Below are positions 1-13,452 of a DNA stretch of 64,000 nt, one piece after another. The stretch's first letter is position 1; each line of letters opens with the position of its first letter. The notes beneath the pieces were generated by a model, which saw only the letters and a program-made list of their open reading frames with translations, had not been told where the DNA came from and did no database searches. The DNA comes from Podarcis tiliguerta. Lineage: Eukaryota. The stretch is from the NCBI GenBank assembly GCA_965153285.1, contig OZ229116.1; one strand, written 5' to 3'. Made by a program: the position numbers and the translations under genes.

Positions 1-451
1 AAGAACTGAAATTTTCCAACAAGTGAAGGAAAAGTTTGAAAAGGATTTATATATTTTTTTAAAAGAAAGAAATCAGAAAAACCCTTTTCGGAGAAATTTT
101 TGGCTCAGCTTTACTTTTGAAGAATAGCTATGATCTGGTTTGGATTAGAGTGGGAACAGAGTACACTGGTTTGTATCCAATGCTAGTCACATTCAGATTA
201 AACACATTGAAATTAACTGGAAAGGCTCACTTAGGTCAATTAATTTTAATGGGTCTACTCTGAATAAAACTTAGTTGGCAAAACCCCACTGTTTCTGCTC
301 ATTCTCACAGCTTCCACTGTTTTCTCTCTTTCTCTCTCTCTTGTCTATTTACAGCACAATTTCCATAGTATTCTGCTTTATTGCCATTCGGAAGACAAAA
401 CTAGGTTAAATTACAGGAAATAAATTCCCAGATGTTTAAAAGCAGTTCAGA

Positions 452-612
452 TTTGGAACAACTTGCCTAGGGAGGTTGTGAAAACTCTTCCCTTGGAGAT
501 TTTCATGAAAAGGCTGCACAGAAATGGCTTTTTATTTGCTGTAAGGTATCCGGCCATATGGAAGGGGATTGGAGTAGATGACCTGTGGTATTTCTTCCAT
601 CTTTGTGAATCC
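452..612 (+). mobile_element. Old CR1 LINE 3' fragment
   Basis: WNNLPREVV..LEIF.KRL ORF2 end plus a degenerate CR1 3' UTR. Confidence 0.7.
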
Positions 613-3146
613 TTCGGGATATCAGAGGAAAGACTCGAAAGAGCTGCAGTCTACCCACACATCCATTATCTCTTTGAAGGCCAGTGATAAGTGATATGCT
701 TACAATTTATATATAGATGCACATGCCATTGCTGATCACCACAAGGTGCCATGGAATGTTGTATGGACTTAAACCATATCCCAGTGTATATTTATCCCAA
801 TGTGTCCTGCTGCTAAATACATAGTGATAAACAAGTAGTGTGTTCCTGATCACTGTTCCAGCAGTGGCTTCTTTGAAGACACTCCATTTCCATCCACAAC
901 AACAGGCATGCAGCATTCTGTGGGCACTAAGCATGCTCAGCCCTCACTAAGCTTTTTAGTTTTCATCCTTTGCCCCCTTATATATATATATTTTCTTGCA
1001 CAAATTCTTTTTGTCTGTCTCTGTAATCTTGGGGTTCTCTCAAGCATGCTGAGGCCTCCATCTTGTATCTTAGTAGGGCAGGGAGCCCCATGGCAGTGGT
1101 CCATGTGAGGTGGCATACGAATAAATGTTGTAGTTGTTGTTGAGGAGGAGGAGGACAGCAAACACATTAGTTTCCCAGTTATAGGTATGGAGCACCATGT
1201 GGTCAGATTATGAACATAAAGATGCACAGTAAACACTGAGTTCTTTCTTAGTCATTCATGTGTACTTTGTTTGCTTTGCAGAAATGATTCTTTGTATCAT
1301 TAGCCCTTACAAGATGATAATGTGACAAATTATATATGTACATATCTAACCTAAGATATGTAATAGCAGACCTGATGATCCCTTGGCACCTTCCCAACTC
1401 TGTGGGTTTTATGATTGTATGAACAATGTGCAATGAGAAATCTGCTTGAAATTGCATCCATATGGCAGCAGTTCCATGAGCTAAACTGTTCGCAGGCACC
1501 ATGTGTTTTCTCATTTTGATCTGGAGACAGAACATGTGATAGGTGGTGAACATAGATAGTGCAGCCATGATGTGGATGCAGCGTCAAGCATTTTTCATGG
1601 CCCCATTCGGTTGTTCTAGAGTGAGGAAGACTGTGTTACCTCTGCCCCCCTGACACTCTCCAGGTCTCCTTCCACAAATCGGAGGGCTATCTTCTGCGAC
1701 GGGAACCTTTTCTATCCAGGCAGTCTTTCCATGTGTTTTAGGTCCTGGTTTTTCTAGGTTCTGAATCATGTGGGAAGCCTACATGAGTAGAGCCAACTCC
1801 CCACTGCAAAAAGTATACCTACAACTCATGGAAAGTGGGTGAGCCAATGGAGGCTGGAGTTAGTCTCTTCTGCTCATCCTTTTAGTGGTGGTGGGTTGAG
1901 TTGAATCTGCCCTTTTCTACGTATTATTAGTTAGCATTTTAGGTTGGCTCTTTTACTCTTGTTTTTAATATTTTTATCTGTAAACTACCGTACTTTGAGT
2001 CACTTCTGGGGGGGTGACAACTAATACAGGCTACCAATTACAGGAAAAAATGAGGTGGCAATACTCTGCATCAGTGAGTGTCATCATAGGATGATGATGA
2101 TAGCAATGACAGGGTCATCCTCATCATTTTAAACAATGAGCAGAGCCAATCTTATCAAAGATCCCGTGGGTGTTTTGTAATTCAGTCTCTTTTATGTGCA
2201 GCACAAATACCAAAAAGAAGGTGTGAGGGATGCTAGTAAATTTATATAAGAAAGGAAGGGAGCTAGAAAGAGGTTTGGGCTGGACAATCACTGAGCTTAG
2301 ACAGTTAAAAAAATACAAATTAAAAGAGCAAGATGGAGTACAACTGAAAATACTTCCCTGGAGATTGAGTGTGTCTGTCTGTATAATGGATATCATTTGC
2401 CTAATGGCTTGTCTTGAAATTCATGGCTCAGTTTCAGGCACTGGAGTTTTAATCAGTCCTTAGTGAAATTTTGCCAATCTTATTTGATCCAGGTTGCATT
2501 TCTTAGCCCTTCATCTTTCACCACACAAAATCCCTGTTGCTTTAAGGTCTCTGCAGTAACTCTGCACCAGTTGGGAGCTTATAAACAAATAGGTGGATGA
2601 ATCTAACGGTGAGGTATGCATGCTGGGTTTAATCATGTTAAATATCCTGTGGTAGGGAACTGACCTGGTATCAAAGAGAGAAACAGCATTTAAAAGAGTG
2701 CTTTAAATGTATTGACACCACAGAATGCTGGATTTTTGGGGGAGAAGGGACAGAAAGCCGAATGACTGGGGCAATAAATTGGACTATCCTGGGCGAGGAC
2801 ATGGCTGACTAGCTGGCTGAATCCTTGAACTTTAGCACCCCACACTTCAACACTTTGTACAGGCCCCACACAGAACATTGCAATTATCTATCTGTAGAAC
2901 TCTTTGGTGCCTTACTGACCTTATCTTGTTCATTCTCTCAACAAAACTTATGAATCTCTCTCCCTCGCCCTCTCATTTACACACCCCTCCACATGTCCAA
3001 GGTGAAGTGGACACATGAAAGTGTTTCCCATTCCCAAACAAAACACACTCCTTCTTACAGCATACTAGTATCCCTGTTTCTGACCTCACAATAAAAGTTT
3101 CTGATCCCCCAAAGTACTAGACTGACAAGCCTGGGAATGAGTTTAA

Positions 3147-3148
<2 letters not shown>

Positions 3149-3181
<33 letters not shown>
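3149..3181. repeat. (TG)n microsatellite
   Basis: Directly visible; others near 5623-5645 and 49144-49170. Confidence 0.95.
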
Positions 3182-3184
<3 letters not shown>

Positions 3185-3673
3185 TGCGCCATGGCAATTC
3201 CAAAGCAATCTGTATCATTCTGTGGTTCTTTGTCTGCCCCCCACCCCTCCGCCTTCCTCTCATCCTTCCACCCACTCATCCACCTTGAAGTGCAAGCTCT
3301 TTTAATCAAGAACTTTCTGATCTTTCCTCAGCTTGAAAATTCTCCTTGTCGCTCAGTGAAAAATAACAGCTCCTCTCAAAACACATACCTCATTCCATTC
3401 CATGGTCTTGGGTCTTAAGGGGCGGCTAGCTCCTAAACCTCAGTAATATCTTGGTATCAAGTGCAGTTGACAGGTAATGGAGAACTTGAAAGAGCTGCTG
3501 ATATTATACACTGCAGCTCTGTTATTTACGAAGGCACAGTTATCAGGCTGACAATGAATGGAGCAGAAGGAAGGAAAAGTAGAACCTCAGCTCCTCAAGG
3601 AATCTTTTAACTGTTTTCCAGTCCTCTGGGTTTGAAGAAAGGCAGTGGAGAGACAGCCGCAGAGACTAGCCCT

Positions 3674-3865
3674 TTATAAGACATATTTTAATTGGCCGTA
3701 CAAAGTGTGGGGAAAGAAAGGGAAAAGGCGAAAGAATGAGCCCTCAAAGGGTACTTTTGTGGTTTTGTGTGTTGGAGAATTTTTATTTAGACTTGGATAT
3801 TTGCCAGAGTGTTCCACCTGACACCTAGTTAAAGCTCCTTCTATCTCTGCCTTGAATTTCACAGC
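3674..3865 (-). pseudogene. Candidate exon remnant
   Basis: atatttcag acceptor; open frame containing PFEGSFFRLFPFF (cf. RGSL1 VFHGAIMSVFPV). Weak. Confidence 0.25.
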
Positions 3866-4099
3866 CTGAAATATTAGTTGTTATATTTCTCATACAAAAT
3901 AAATATGGCCCTTAAGCTTGATTTTGTCTTAAGTGAAATGCATTTATAAGCAGAAGTTCTAGTGAAGGCTGCTCTCTACTCCTTTGCTCCCCAAAATAAG
4001 GTGGAGATGATTACTCATGCTCAGCAAAAGTGGGACCCAAATGCCACTTGGCTAATGTATCCATATGTACTTATCAAGACACCTGGCTTCAAAGGGAAC

Positions 4100-4470
4100 G
4101 TAGGAACATAATAAACATCCTTATCCCAAGTCAGTCATAAGAACATGCTGGATCAGGCCAAAGGCCCATCTAGTCTGGCATCCTGTTCTCACAGTGGCTG
4201 ACCAGAAGCTTGTGGGAAGCCTCCAATATGAACCTGTGATTCACAGCAACTGGTATTCAGAGACATAATGCCTCTGATGATCGAAGCAGAACATAGCGAT
4301 TGTGGCTAGTAGCCATTGACTATTAATCCATCTAACTCAATATTGTCTGCATTGAATGGCAGTTGCTGTCCAGGGTTTCAGGCAGAGGATTCTTCCAGCC
4401 CACCCTGGAGATACCAGGGACCTTCAGCATGCAAAGTAGATTTTCTCCCATGGAGCTATGGACCTTCTCC
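4100..4470 (-). mobile_element. tRNA-derived SINE (Squam2-like) interrupted by a CR1/L3 3'-UTR fragment (about 4137-4320)
   Basis: SINE tail at 4100-4135 and body/head at 4328-4470 flank a sequence matching the CR1 3' UTR seen at 58.7 kb. Confidence 0.6.
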
Positions 4471-6830
4471 ATAGGAGCCATCCTGCTCCTATATACTATT
4501 CAATGGCTACTAGCCATGATGGCTACCCTCTCCTTCCATGGTTGGAGGCAGCAATGCTTCTGAATATCAGTTGCTAGAAACAGCAGGAGGAGAGAAAGCA
4601 AGCTGGGAGCAGGAGTAATCAAGGAGAAGGGTGTTTGCAAAGTTTTCAGAACGCCTGGTTGCAGATAACACTGGATTACGGAGAGTGGCACACACCACAT
4701 AGTGGCACACATCACACAGTGGTACGCACCACATTCTTTGGACAGAATGGCTGGCAGTTTTGTGACAGTTCTCTATTTAGTTCGTTTCAGCTGGGATTCC
4801 AATTCCAACCTAAACTATGTTTTGTTATTGGCGGGCTAACATGCAGTGACAGTTCTGTAACAGTTACAGATCTAATCCTCAAAGAGTAAAAGTAGCAAAA
4901 GAAGATAAAGTGCCTGCAATCCTGGCAAACTGCCTCAGCTCATTGGAAAAAGAATCACCTCTCTTTTTTCTCCTAGAAGGCTGTCAGTGATGCACATTGA
5001 TCCTCAGAGATGGATAGTGGGTCACTAACAACTTCAGTCTCTTGTTTTCTGCCCAGGGGGACATGGTTAACCCTGTGCGGCACGGCATGAGCAGAAGGGC
5101 CTACAAAACAAAACAGTGACTAAGGGAACACTCCAAAGAGTGAACCGATGTCCCTAGGATGCTTCCTCAATGTTGCTCCAATCAGCGAAGATAGTGCACA
5201 AACAGAAGCAACAGGAAATGCTGCAGAGTTACTTCCTGTTGTGGTTTAAAACTACCTTGCTTTGTGCACTAAAGGTCCCAGCTTCAATTTTTCCCCATCA
5301 CCATCTTGAGGTGGGGCCAGTGTAGGCAGCACTGAGCAAGATGAACCAATGATCTCATTTAGAGTAAGGCAGCTTTCTGTGTTTCTTCACTATCCTCCTA
5401 GCAGGTCCATCTGGGTATTTATTTTCTGAAGATGTGCTTGTTGCAAGTGACTATATCACAGCTGGGATTGCAACCCCATGCCTCACTGCCAGCCTTCTTG
5501 TATTGATTGGCTTTTCACAATCCCCTGCCACATTTTGATGCTATGCACAAGTCAGGAAATAGTTAAAATAGACTAGTCCTCAGACATTTTCTAGCTGCTT
5601 TGCCTACATAGCAGAAGTGAATTGTGTGTGTGTGTGTGTGTGTGTACTCCCACCTCATTGTTTAGATCAGAGGTGGCCCTCCAGATGTTGCTGGACTCTG
5701 ATTTTCATCACCTTTGACTCTGCCAGTTGGGACTGATGGGAGTTTGAGTTCATCAACATCTGAAAGACCACAAGCAACCCACCCCTGGCTTAGATGGGAC
5801 AGTACTGGCATGGGGCATATTGTCACAAGTCTTTCTTCTACCCTGAGGGAATAGAGCAGCTGCTTTAGAAAAGTCAAACTCTTTCTTCTTCTTCTTATAC
5901 ATAAACCAACAGGTACTATACTTTGGTTCCAATCAATAGCTTCAAATCCTTCTGTGTAGGAAAGTATAAAGGATTTATTCTGACTATTGTATGAGACAGT
6001 TGCCTCAAACTAATTTGTTTAGACATTGGATTCTCTCACAGGAGCAATGTACAGACAATCAATAATTAACTCTGTCAGATGGCTAGAGGCCAGAACCAAT
6101 TATGCTGCAATGCAGACACCTTCAGACTCTTATAAATAAAAAGCAAACCTGGAAAAAGTAAATTAAAGCATTATTTACTAACATGATAAATAACCACTCT
6201 CTATTCAGCAAGCTTTCACCTACACTGTGTTGTCTTGCTGATTGCAAATAATCAATAAAATAAAACAAGAAAAACAAGACAGGATGGCCTATGCTGTATC
6301 TCATCTATGTCTATGGTACACTGATCTAGTCATTAAATACTTTCTCTCATCGGGCATTTTTTTTTAAAGCTTTTAATGCTTTCCCCATTTAACAATAGGT
6401 GATAAAAAACCCTCTTTATCATTGTTTGGGGTGGGGGTTGAGATTGGGCCTATGTTACAACCCTAAAACTGATAAATTGCCTACTGATTCAACAATTGAT
6501 AATTCTCATTTTTCATGGAGCAGCTGAGGAGATCAGAGGCAACAAGAAAAAGGTCTCTCTACCCTCCCAAACTATTGATAAATCCTGAAGAGATGTGTTT
6601 GATGGAAGAAGGGAGAGTTCTATATTATATCTATGCACATGTGAGAGAAAAAGGAGGTTCGTATGTCAGGTCTGTGGTGGTGGGAGAGGTCACATGGACA
6701 GAAAGGGAGAGATGTGTGGGGTGTGGAGCTGTTTGTGTGTTTGCTTGTGTGTGAGTGAGGGGGAGAGCATGTATGCATCTGCAGTGTGTGAAAAAGGGAG
6801 AGATGCACCTGGGTAGATGAAACATATATA

Positions 6831-7072
6831 CAGTGGTACCTCAGGTTAAGTACTTAATTCGTTCTGGAGGTCCGTTCTTAACCTGAAACTGTTCTTAAAC
6901 TGAAGCACCACTTTAGGTAATGGGGCCTCCTGCTGCTGCCACGCCGCTGGAGCATGATTTCTGTTCTCATCCTGAAGCAAAGTTCTTAACCTGAGGTATT
7001 ATTTCTGGGTTAGCGGAGTCTGTAACCTGAAGCGTATGTAACCTGAAGTGTATGTAACCCAAGGTACCACTG
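6831..7072. mobile_element. Tc1/mariner (Tigger/pogo-like) MITE, family A
   Basis: TIRs CAGTGGTACC...GGTACCACTG with TA TSD; inverted copy at 60445-60683. Confidence 0.9.
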
Positions 7073-7197
7073 TACATGGTTGTGAATCTATGACATGTGT
7101 GAGAGAAACAGGAAGATAATCTGTGTCTGTGGTCTGTAGGTGGATGATGAGTACAAGTGTGTGCTGTGTGCATACAACTGAGAATGTGGTTGGCCAC

Positions 7198-7348
7198 CAG
7201 GTATATTTTTGCTGGTGACAAGGAATGCTTCTTGTTATTAGACAGTGAGAGTTCCCCCTCTCTGTGTGGCTGCCCTTCTAAAAACCAGTATTGTTTGAGT
7301 TCCACAAACAGCTCCAGCAGGTCTTATCACCAACTTCCCATGATAAGC
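7198..7348 (-). pseudogene. Candidate exon remnant
   Basis: cccacctcag acceptor; **DLLELFVELKQYWF...PAKIYL. Confidence 0.33.
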
Positions 7349-8274
7349 CTGAGGTGGGATAGGGGCAAGCACAAATGACTCTATTCTCTCTCTCCTTTTG
7401 TGCTTACGCCACAACAGATAGTGTGTGCAAAGCAACACACCCCACAGTGGCCTGTTTGGTTCAGGATATGTCGGTAAGATCTATAGCTGACCTGCTAAAG
7501 ACAGGGCCTTAATTCAAATCAAGCCTGGGTATGTAGCAACCTCTTCTCCTCACTCCCCCTTTATGACTGACACGTTTTTTGTAATAAGATGTTTTTTTGC
7601 TTTCCCTGCATGACAGTCTTACTTTTTAAGCAAAGCATGCTTCTTTCCTCAACTGACTTTAAACCTGAAGCTTCCAGCCCATGTTTTCTTCCACTGGGAA
7701 GTAAAATGAACCTCATTCTAGTCTGATTGATAAATAGAATGCGCACGTATTTGAAGCTTAAAGAATCCATCCCACAGTGTATTCAGAAAAAGAGATTCAG
7801 GGAGAACACACCTATATTTCTTCTATCCAGTCAGGCTTGTCTGCCTCTCTCCCTTTTTTGATGCTCTTTTCTTTTTTTGTTCTTGTTCATCTCTGTGCCT
7901 GTTAGGAACCATTGCTTAAAATACTCTACCCCACAGCTGATAGGTGCTCCGCTCAACATTCCTATTGCTCATTATCCCTTCCAGAAAATTAACCAGGAAT
8001 AGATCTGCCCAGGAATGCAGAACTATCACACCAGATGCTATCCAAAGAGCTGGATAAGCCTTTGGTTCCTTAATCCTATCACGCAATATAGCAAAAAAAA
8101 ACCTCCACTGTAAGAAAACCACTGTGTCCAGTACAGTTCCTATACTTTCATTTGGCAGGTAGCAGAATTTATGTTCAAGACAGCACTAACTTAAACACAA
8201 CAATTGCTCAAAGTGTGGGTGGGGTCATGGGATCACATGCAAGACCTACCCAAAATATTGCAATATCTGTCATT

Positions 8275-8910
8275 TCAATTCCTAGCCTTGCCCATCTTGC
8301 AAGGGAGTTTGCAGAAGGCTTCTACTTGCATTTGCTTGAACATGAGTAGAACCCTCCTATACACAGTGATACTGCTACCTGCAGGGACCCTCTTTATGAG
8401 GGTCCCGGATTGCATGAACTTAATGCGGTGCAGATGTTCCCCATGCAACAGGGGTTGCAGTAAGGTTGTGGATGGACTTAATGGACATGTGGACATCATG
8501 GGTGGGGTTTGCATGAATATACCTATAGTGTATCCACAAAGTCTTTCTGATACTTTGAAAGTGGAGCTGTGAAAAGAAAGAGATTTCAAGAAGGCATGGA
8601 GAAATGCTGAAAACATTTTCGTCAATGCCTCCTGTGTTTCATTCACTTTTAAGTTACTATGAAGGGGTGTGATTGTTCCGAGAATACTGCACACAGTATT
8701 TTGAAGATAATTTACAAAAAGAAATGTTGCCACAGTTTTCTATCTTTATCTAAGGCTGCCTGTTTCAAATTGTGAAGAATAAAACCATTTTCAGAATTGT
8801 CCTGTATTAAAAATAAACTATGGGCAACAATGCTGCCGTGAAGCCAGTCAATCTTATCTGTTTTCTCTACAAAATGGGATCTTCTGATGATCTGTGATTG
8901 ATCATCAACA
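8275..8910 (-). pseudogene. Large exon remnant
   Basis: tttatgattttcag acceptor; overlapping ORFs of 69 and 152 aa containing ILHNLKQAALDKDRKLWQHFF (cf. RGSL1 ILSHMQKVALFKLQSYWLPNF) and TQEALTKMFSAFLHAFLKSLSF. Confidence 0.45.
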
Positions 8911-9616
8911 CTGAAAATCATAAATGAAGGTTTCTATGGGCCTTCACACACACACACACGTACTGGCTCAGTATGGTGTTTGTAATGCGTAAAGCAACAT
9001 TTAGCCCGGGGATGGGGAATGTGTGACCTTCCAGATGTTTTTAGACTCCAGCTCCCATCTCTCTTGACCACTGGACAGACCGGCTAAGACTGATGGAAGT
9101 TGATGCACAGCATCACCTGAAGGTCACGTGTTTCCTATCCCTGCTTTAATCTGTTAGCATAGCCCTGCCTCTCGTTCCGTCATCCTTGCTCTATGAGAAG
9201 TGGTCTCTTTCTCTTTTTATGTCTATCCCAGTGGGTGAGGAGCAGCTGTGCCAAACAGAACCACCCCCTCCAGCTGCACACTTTCCAAACAATGTATAAG
9301 CAAGCCAATCTGTTTTCATCTCGTTTGAATGAATTATTTTCAGTTATGAGGTATTGTGGATTGAGACTAATTGCTGTTATCTTTAGCAGGAGATAGGAAC
9401 TGATACTGAAATCCCAAGGCTGAACATTGGAAGATTCAGGACAGGCAAAAGTAAGTAGCTTTTCCCACACTGCATAGGACGTGTGTGTGAATCTTTCACA
9501 CCACTGTGAGGAGGTGTGTGTGAATCTGAATTTATGATATGATTTATCTCTGTAGTTCATGGCATAAGAGTGACATAACTCTAATCTGACATGAGAGCCT
9601 CCATGATGAGCTTTGG

Positions 9617-10124
9617 TGTCAGGAGTGGAGAGTCCTCCCCTCCCTTTGGTAACTTCAAAGACAAGAATTAACGAGCAGTTTATATTTATAGTCCTTTTTA
9701 TTCAGTCATCTGGTTGCAAGGAAAAATCCACATCCCTCCACAAGGAGAGCAGTTGGCTACTCTGAACCCTCCCCCTTCTGTCTCCCGCAACACCCTAGAT
9801 GCCAAAAGGAAGTTCTTCCTCCTTTCTGCATTCTTTGTTCTCCAATACGGATGGACGTCTTAGTCTTCGGGGTGGGAATGTCTTCCACACTGTCCAATGA
9901 CGTCTCTGCTAATTGTTCCCTCCTTCCTGGTTCTCTTCCCATTATCTCGTAGCTAGGTAACTCCTTTCTAAGCTGCTCTGTGTCTGTGTCTCTCCCTGCT
10001 TCTGAATCGCTGGAGATGGGGGGGGGGGACGACTAAAACTTACCCTTCCAGCTCCTCTTCAAAGAGGAGCTGTTCTGTCCGAGAATGAATTCCCCAGTCC
10101 TCTGATTCAAACCATTCTCTAACA
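9617..10124 (-). mobile_element. Solo LTR (Gypsy-like)
   Basis: TGT...ACA termini, 5-bp flanks tttgg/attgg, AATAAA near the 3' end on the minus strand; related to 24721-25193. Confidence 0.7.
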
Positions 10125-10531
10125 ATTGGTGAACATCGACCAAACCAGATTACAGCCCCTTGCTGAAAGGCATTTGGGCATATCCGGAAGTCACACACTG
10201 ACCTAAAAGATTAACATGTGCAATTTAGTTGCTAAGTACAGGATACTCAGCTCTTCAGTAGGATCCATCCACAAAATGGTAAGGTGATTTGAAGGCAGAT
10301 AGCAGACAGGGATGCCTAGGTTCAGAAGTCCTTCACCCTTTGGTTAAGCAAACTGGATAGCCAGTTTTAAGCATTTCTCACTATTCTGGAAGGAGTTATG
10401 GCAATTGTAGAATTCACTCAGTCCACAGCCCCCTCTCCACTGGCATAGCTTGGCAAAAAAAAAGAAGTATAAAAAACCCAATAGGCCCAAAGGTTAGTTA
10501 GCTTTTCTAACTCCAACAGGACAGAACTTAC

Positions 10532-10821
10532 CCAGTGCTCCCCAGGACTCAGCATACTTCTGCTTCACTCCAATGGTTTGACTTCACCCCTGACGGCATA
10601 CTCTTCCATTGGCTCCTGAGATAGATGGAGGCCAACAACCTTTGAGTATTTTACTGCTTGCTGTTACACATTTAGGCTCATTTCAAACCTCATCATTTTC
10701 AGATATGAAATCTGATATTTCAGAGATAAAGTGCAAGATCTCCCCCAAAGTGCTGAAAGCACAGATGGGCAGATCTGGCTTCCTCTCACAGCATTTGAGG
10801 AATTCTGCGGAGAGGCGAGAC
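10532..10821 (-). pseudogene. Exon remnant
   Basis: tttgttatttgaag acceptor and GG|GTAAGT donor; SRLSAEFLKCCERKPDLPICAFSTLGEILHFISEISDF (cf. RGSL1 DLYFFSEMEKF), then a stop. Confidence 0.5.
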
Positions 10822-11306
10822 CTTCAAATAACAAATGACAAAAGGGGACCCAGTGGACCATGATTAGAAGATGAAAGAGAGAAAGAAAAAGGTTACATGT
10901 TATTAAACTGAAAACTTTCTAACATTTATAGGTCTGTGATGTTAAATCTAATTCTCAGTGTAATGCTGGTCATAGCAGTTCAATTGATATTTCTGGCTTT
11001 GTGGGTTGAAATGTAAAATTGTGGGTGAAAAAAAGATCCCAAAAGCTCACCTGATATAACCTTATTTATAAACAAGGCAATGTGGCCCACAAAATAATAT
11101 TTGTCCTGTCACTCTGAAGGAGTACTCTTTGTGTCATATGCAAGTCCTATTGAAATTAATGGGAAGTGTATGTGGTTGCAATAGTCTTGCATAGTCTATT
11201 CATTTCATGGTTATCCAACAGAAGTATCTAGATGGCAATGAAAGAAGATTGTGCCCATTTTCATCTGTCCATAGCCCCAGTCCTCAGCTTTGGTGTACAC
11301 CAAGAC

Positions 11307-11429
11307 CTTCTGTATAGAGAGCTTTCCCTGCTCATTTAGGAGGGAAGAGGTGGCTCTGTGCGTTGCTGTCCTGGTCTTCTGCAGCACTCTTGATATATGC
11401 ACATCACCATAAAGATGGCCATCAGCCAA
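11307..11429 (-). pseudogene. Exon remnant
   Basis: Long pyrimidine tract with catcag acceptor; WLMAIFMVMCIYQECCRRPGQQRTE (cf. RGSL1 WMRMISFIRSFCKYRRFMLNPSKRQE). Confidence 0.45.
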
Positions 11430-12329
11430 CTGATGAAGTTAAGGGAGACAGAAGACAGAGAAATGAAAATGCGAACATCCACTTTTACTGATCAAAGCTG
11501 CTACAGTGCATTTCTAATTTGTAGCTATGTTAAGTCGTAAGAAAATTAGATTTCTTATTTCTAGCTAATGGCTCAGCTCCATAATGTGTTCTAGTTGTAA
11601 GCAGCTTTGGTTCCAGCCCATCAATTCCTCCCATCTGATTAATATTTAAATTCAATAACGATTTTAATACTGATGATTTATGAACATTCCATATATCACA
11701 TTGATTCCCTGGTGTAAATGTAAATTACATGTTTCCCTCCCTATTTGCAAGGCAACCTAATTCATTGGCAAGATTACATAAGTGAAAAGCAGAGACCCAA
11801 TTTATTAAGCTTTGAAGTCAATGAGATTTTTTTAAAACAACAACAACAACAACTGGGCATGATATTTAGATATATGGATAGCTGAGCTGCTGTGAAGACA
11901 TTGCAGTGTTTCCTTCCAAACAGAAATTCTTTTGATGGGCACAAAATCACTATCCCATTTTACCTTTATGCATTGTCATTGTTGCAAAATCTCCATTTTC
12001 TGTAATTTCCCTAGCATGCCTCACACATTTGGCTTAAGTAACTATTTTATAGAAATGCTTCTGAAATTCTCCTCCTTTGGATTAATAGAGCGTTGCAAAA
12101 AGCAATCTAGATGTAATCTATGATTGCAACAAGATTCTCTCTGTGTGTGTGTGTGCATGTGGAATTTTACCAATGCAAATATCCACTTGTGTGCATTGAT
12201 GAAACACTGCAAAACAAACAAACAAACAAAAATAAACAAACATGACATGGTTATATGTAGGACTGCATTTTTAAAAAATTGGTGCTGTGTTTTACTGATG
12301 GCCAGAGTTGCACCTGCCTACCATAAATC

Positions 12330-12749
12330 ACCAAGCAGTAGTGAACTGAGCATGTTCAGCCTTAATTGAGTTGTTTAGAGGGATTCCCATTTTAATGTCT
12401 TTTGGAAAGTACTTCTCCAAAACCTTAAGAGTTTGCCTAAGCCTGCCAGACATTCTCCTTGTGCATGGGAGGTGCTGTTTTGGCTCAGAGAACGAGTTGC
12501 AAAGAGGATACATAAAAGAAATAAGGGGAAAGGGAGTGTGCCTCTTGAGGCAGAGGATTCCATGCACTCTTCCTCCATCATGCATATGCAGCACTATTAA
12601 AAGCTGTGACATAAATCTCTACAGCTTGTGGTGATGGTAACTCATCGGTAATAGAAAGCAGGAGCATTGCACAATCCACCGAGGGATCTTCCTGCATAAT
12701 CTCATCATTTCAACTACATTTCCATGTGAACAACACTCAGCAAACTGAA
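12330..12749 (-). pseudogene. Candidate exon remnant
   Basis: ttatgtttctag acceptor; LKRHTPFPLISF ... TLKVLEKYFPKD; frameshifted. Confidence 0.33.
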
Positions 12750-12831
12750 CTAGAAACATAAAGTTGAAGAGTCTAAAAAGTATAGAGTCTAAAAAGCAGT
12801 GCATGAATGTATGGAGTCCAAAAAGCAGAAG

Positions 12832-13452
12832 CCTAAGCGCCCTCTGCGACCCCGGCGAAACCGGGCCCCTTGGTTTACTGAGGAGCTCAGGAAAATAAAG
12901 CAGGATCTCAGATGGCTACAGCGCGTATGGTGACAGACTCGTGACAGAGCTTCAAGAAGGTGCTGGTTTTGACCTTTAAAGCCCTTCACGGCCTAGGACC
13001 CTCATACCTATGGGACCGCCTCTCCTGCCCCGGGGACCTTAAGGTCCATAAATAGCAACACCCTAGAGGTCCCGGGCCCTAAGGAAGTTAGATTAGCCAC
13101 AGCCAGAGCCAGGGCCTTCTCAACACTGGTCCGGCCTGGTGGAACGCTCTGTCTCATGAGACCAGGGCCCTGCGGGATCTGATTTCTTTCCGCAGGGCTT
13201 GTAGGACAGAGTTGTTCCACCTGGCCTTTGGCTTAGAATCAGTTTGATTCCCTCCCCCTGTTTCTTTTTCCTTTCTCCTCCTGTGAAGAAGCTGAATCTT
13301 AATGTTTTAATGTTGTATTTTAATCTTGTTTTTTAAATTGTATTTTAATCAACTTGTTTTTATTATCAGTTGTTAGCTGCCCTGAGCCCGGTCTTGGCCG
13401 GGGAGGGCGGGGTATAAATAATATTTATGATGATGATGATGATGATGATGAT
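12832..13452 (+). mobile_element. L2 LINE, internally deleted
   Basis: APWFTEELRK linker fused at about 12957 to the C-terminal KVLVLTFKALHGLGPSYL; L2-type 3' end and (GAT)n tail. Confidence 0.85.

Noticed and set aside
700-2460. Further 3' exons of the pseudogene
   Set aside because: Coding-like in places, but no convincing combination of splice signals and motif.
7916-8921. Endogenous viral element
   Set aside because: No viral motif recognised; a splice acceptor and RGS-like helices fit the pseudogene better.
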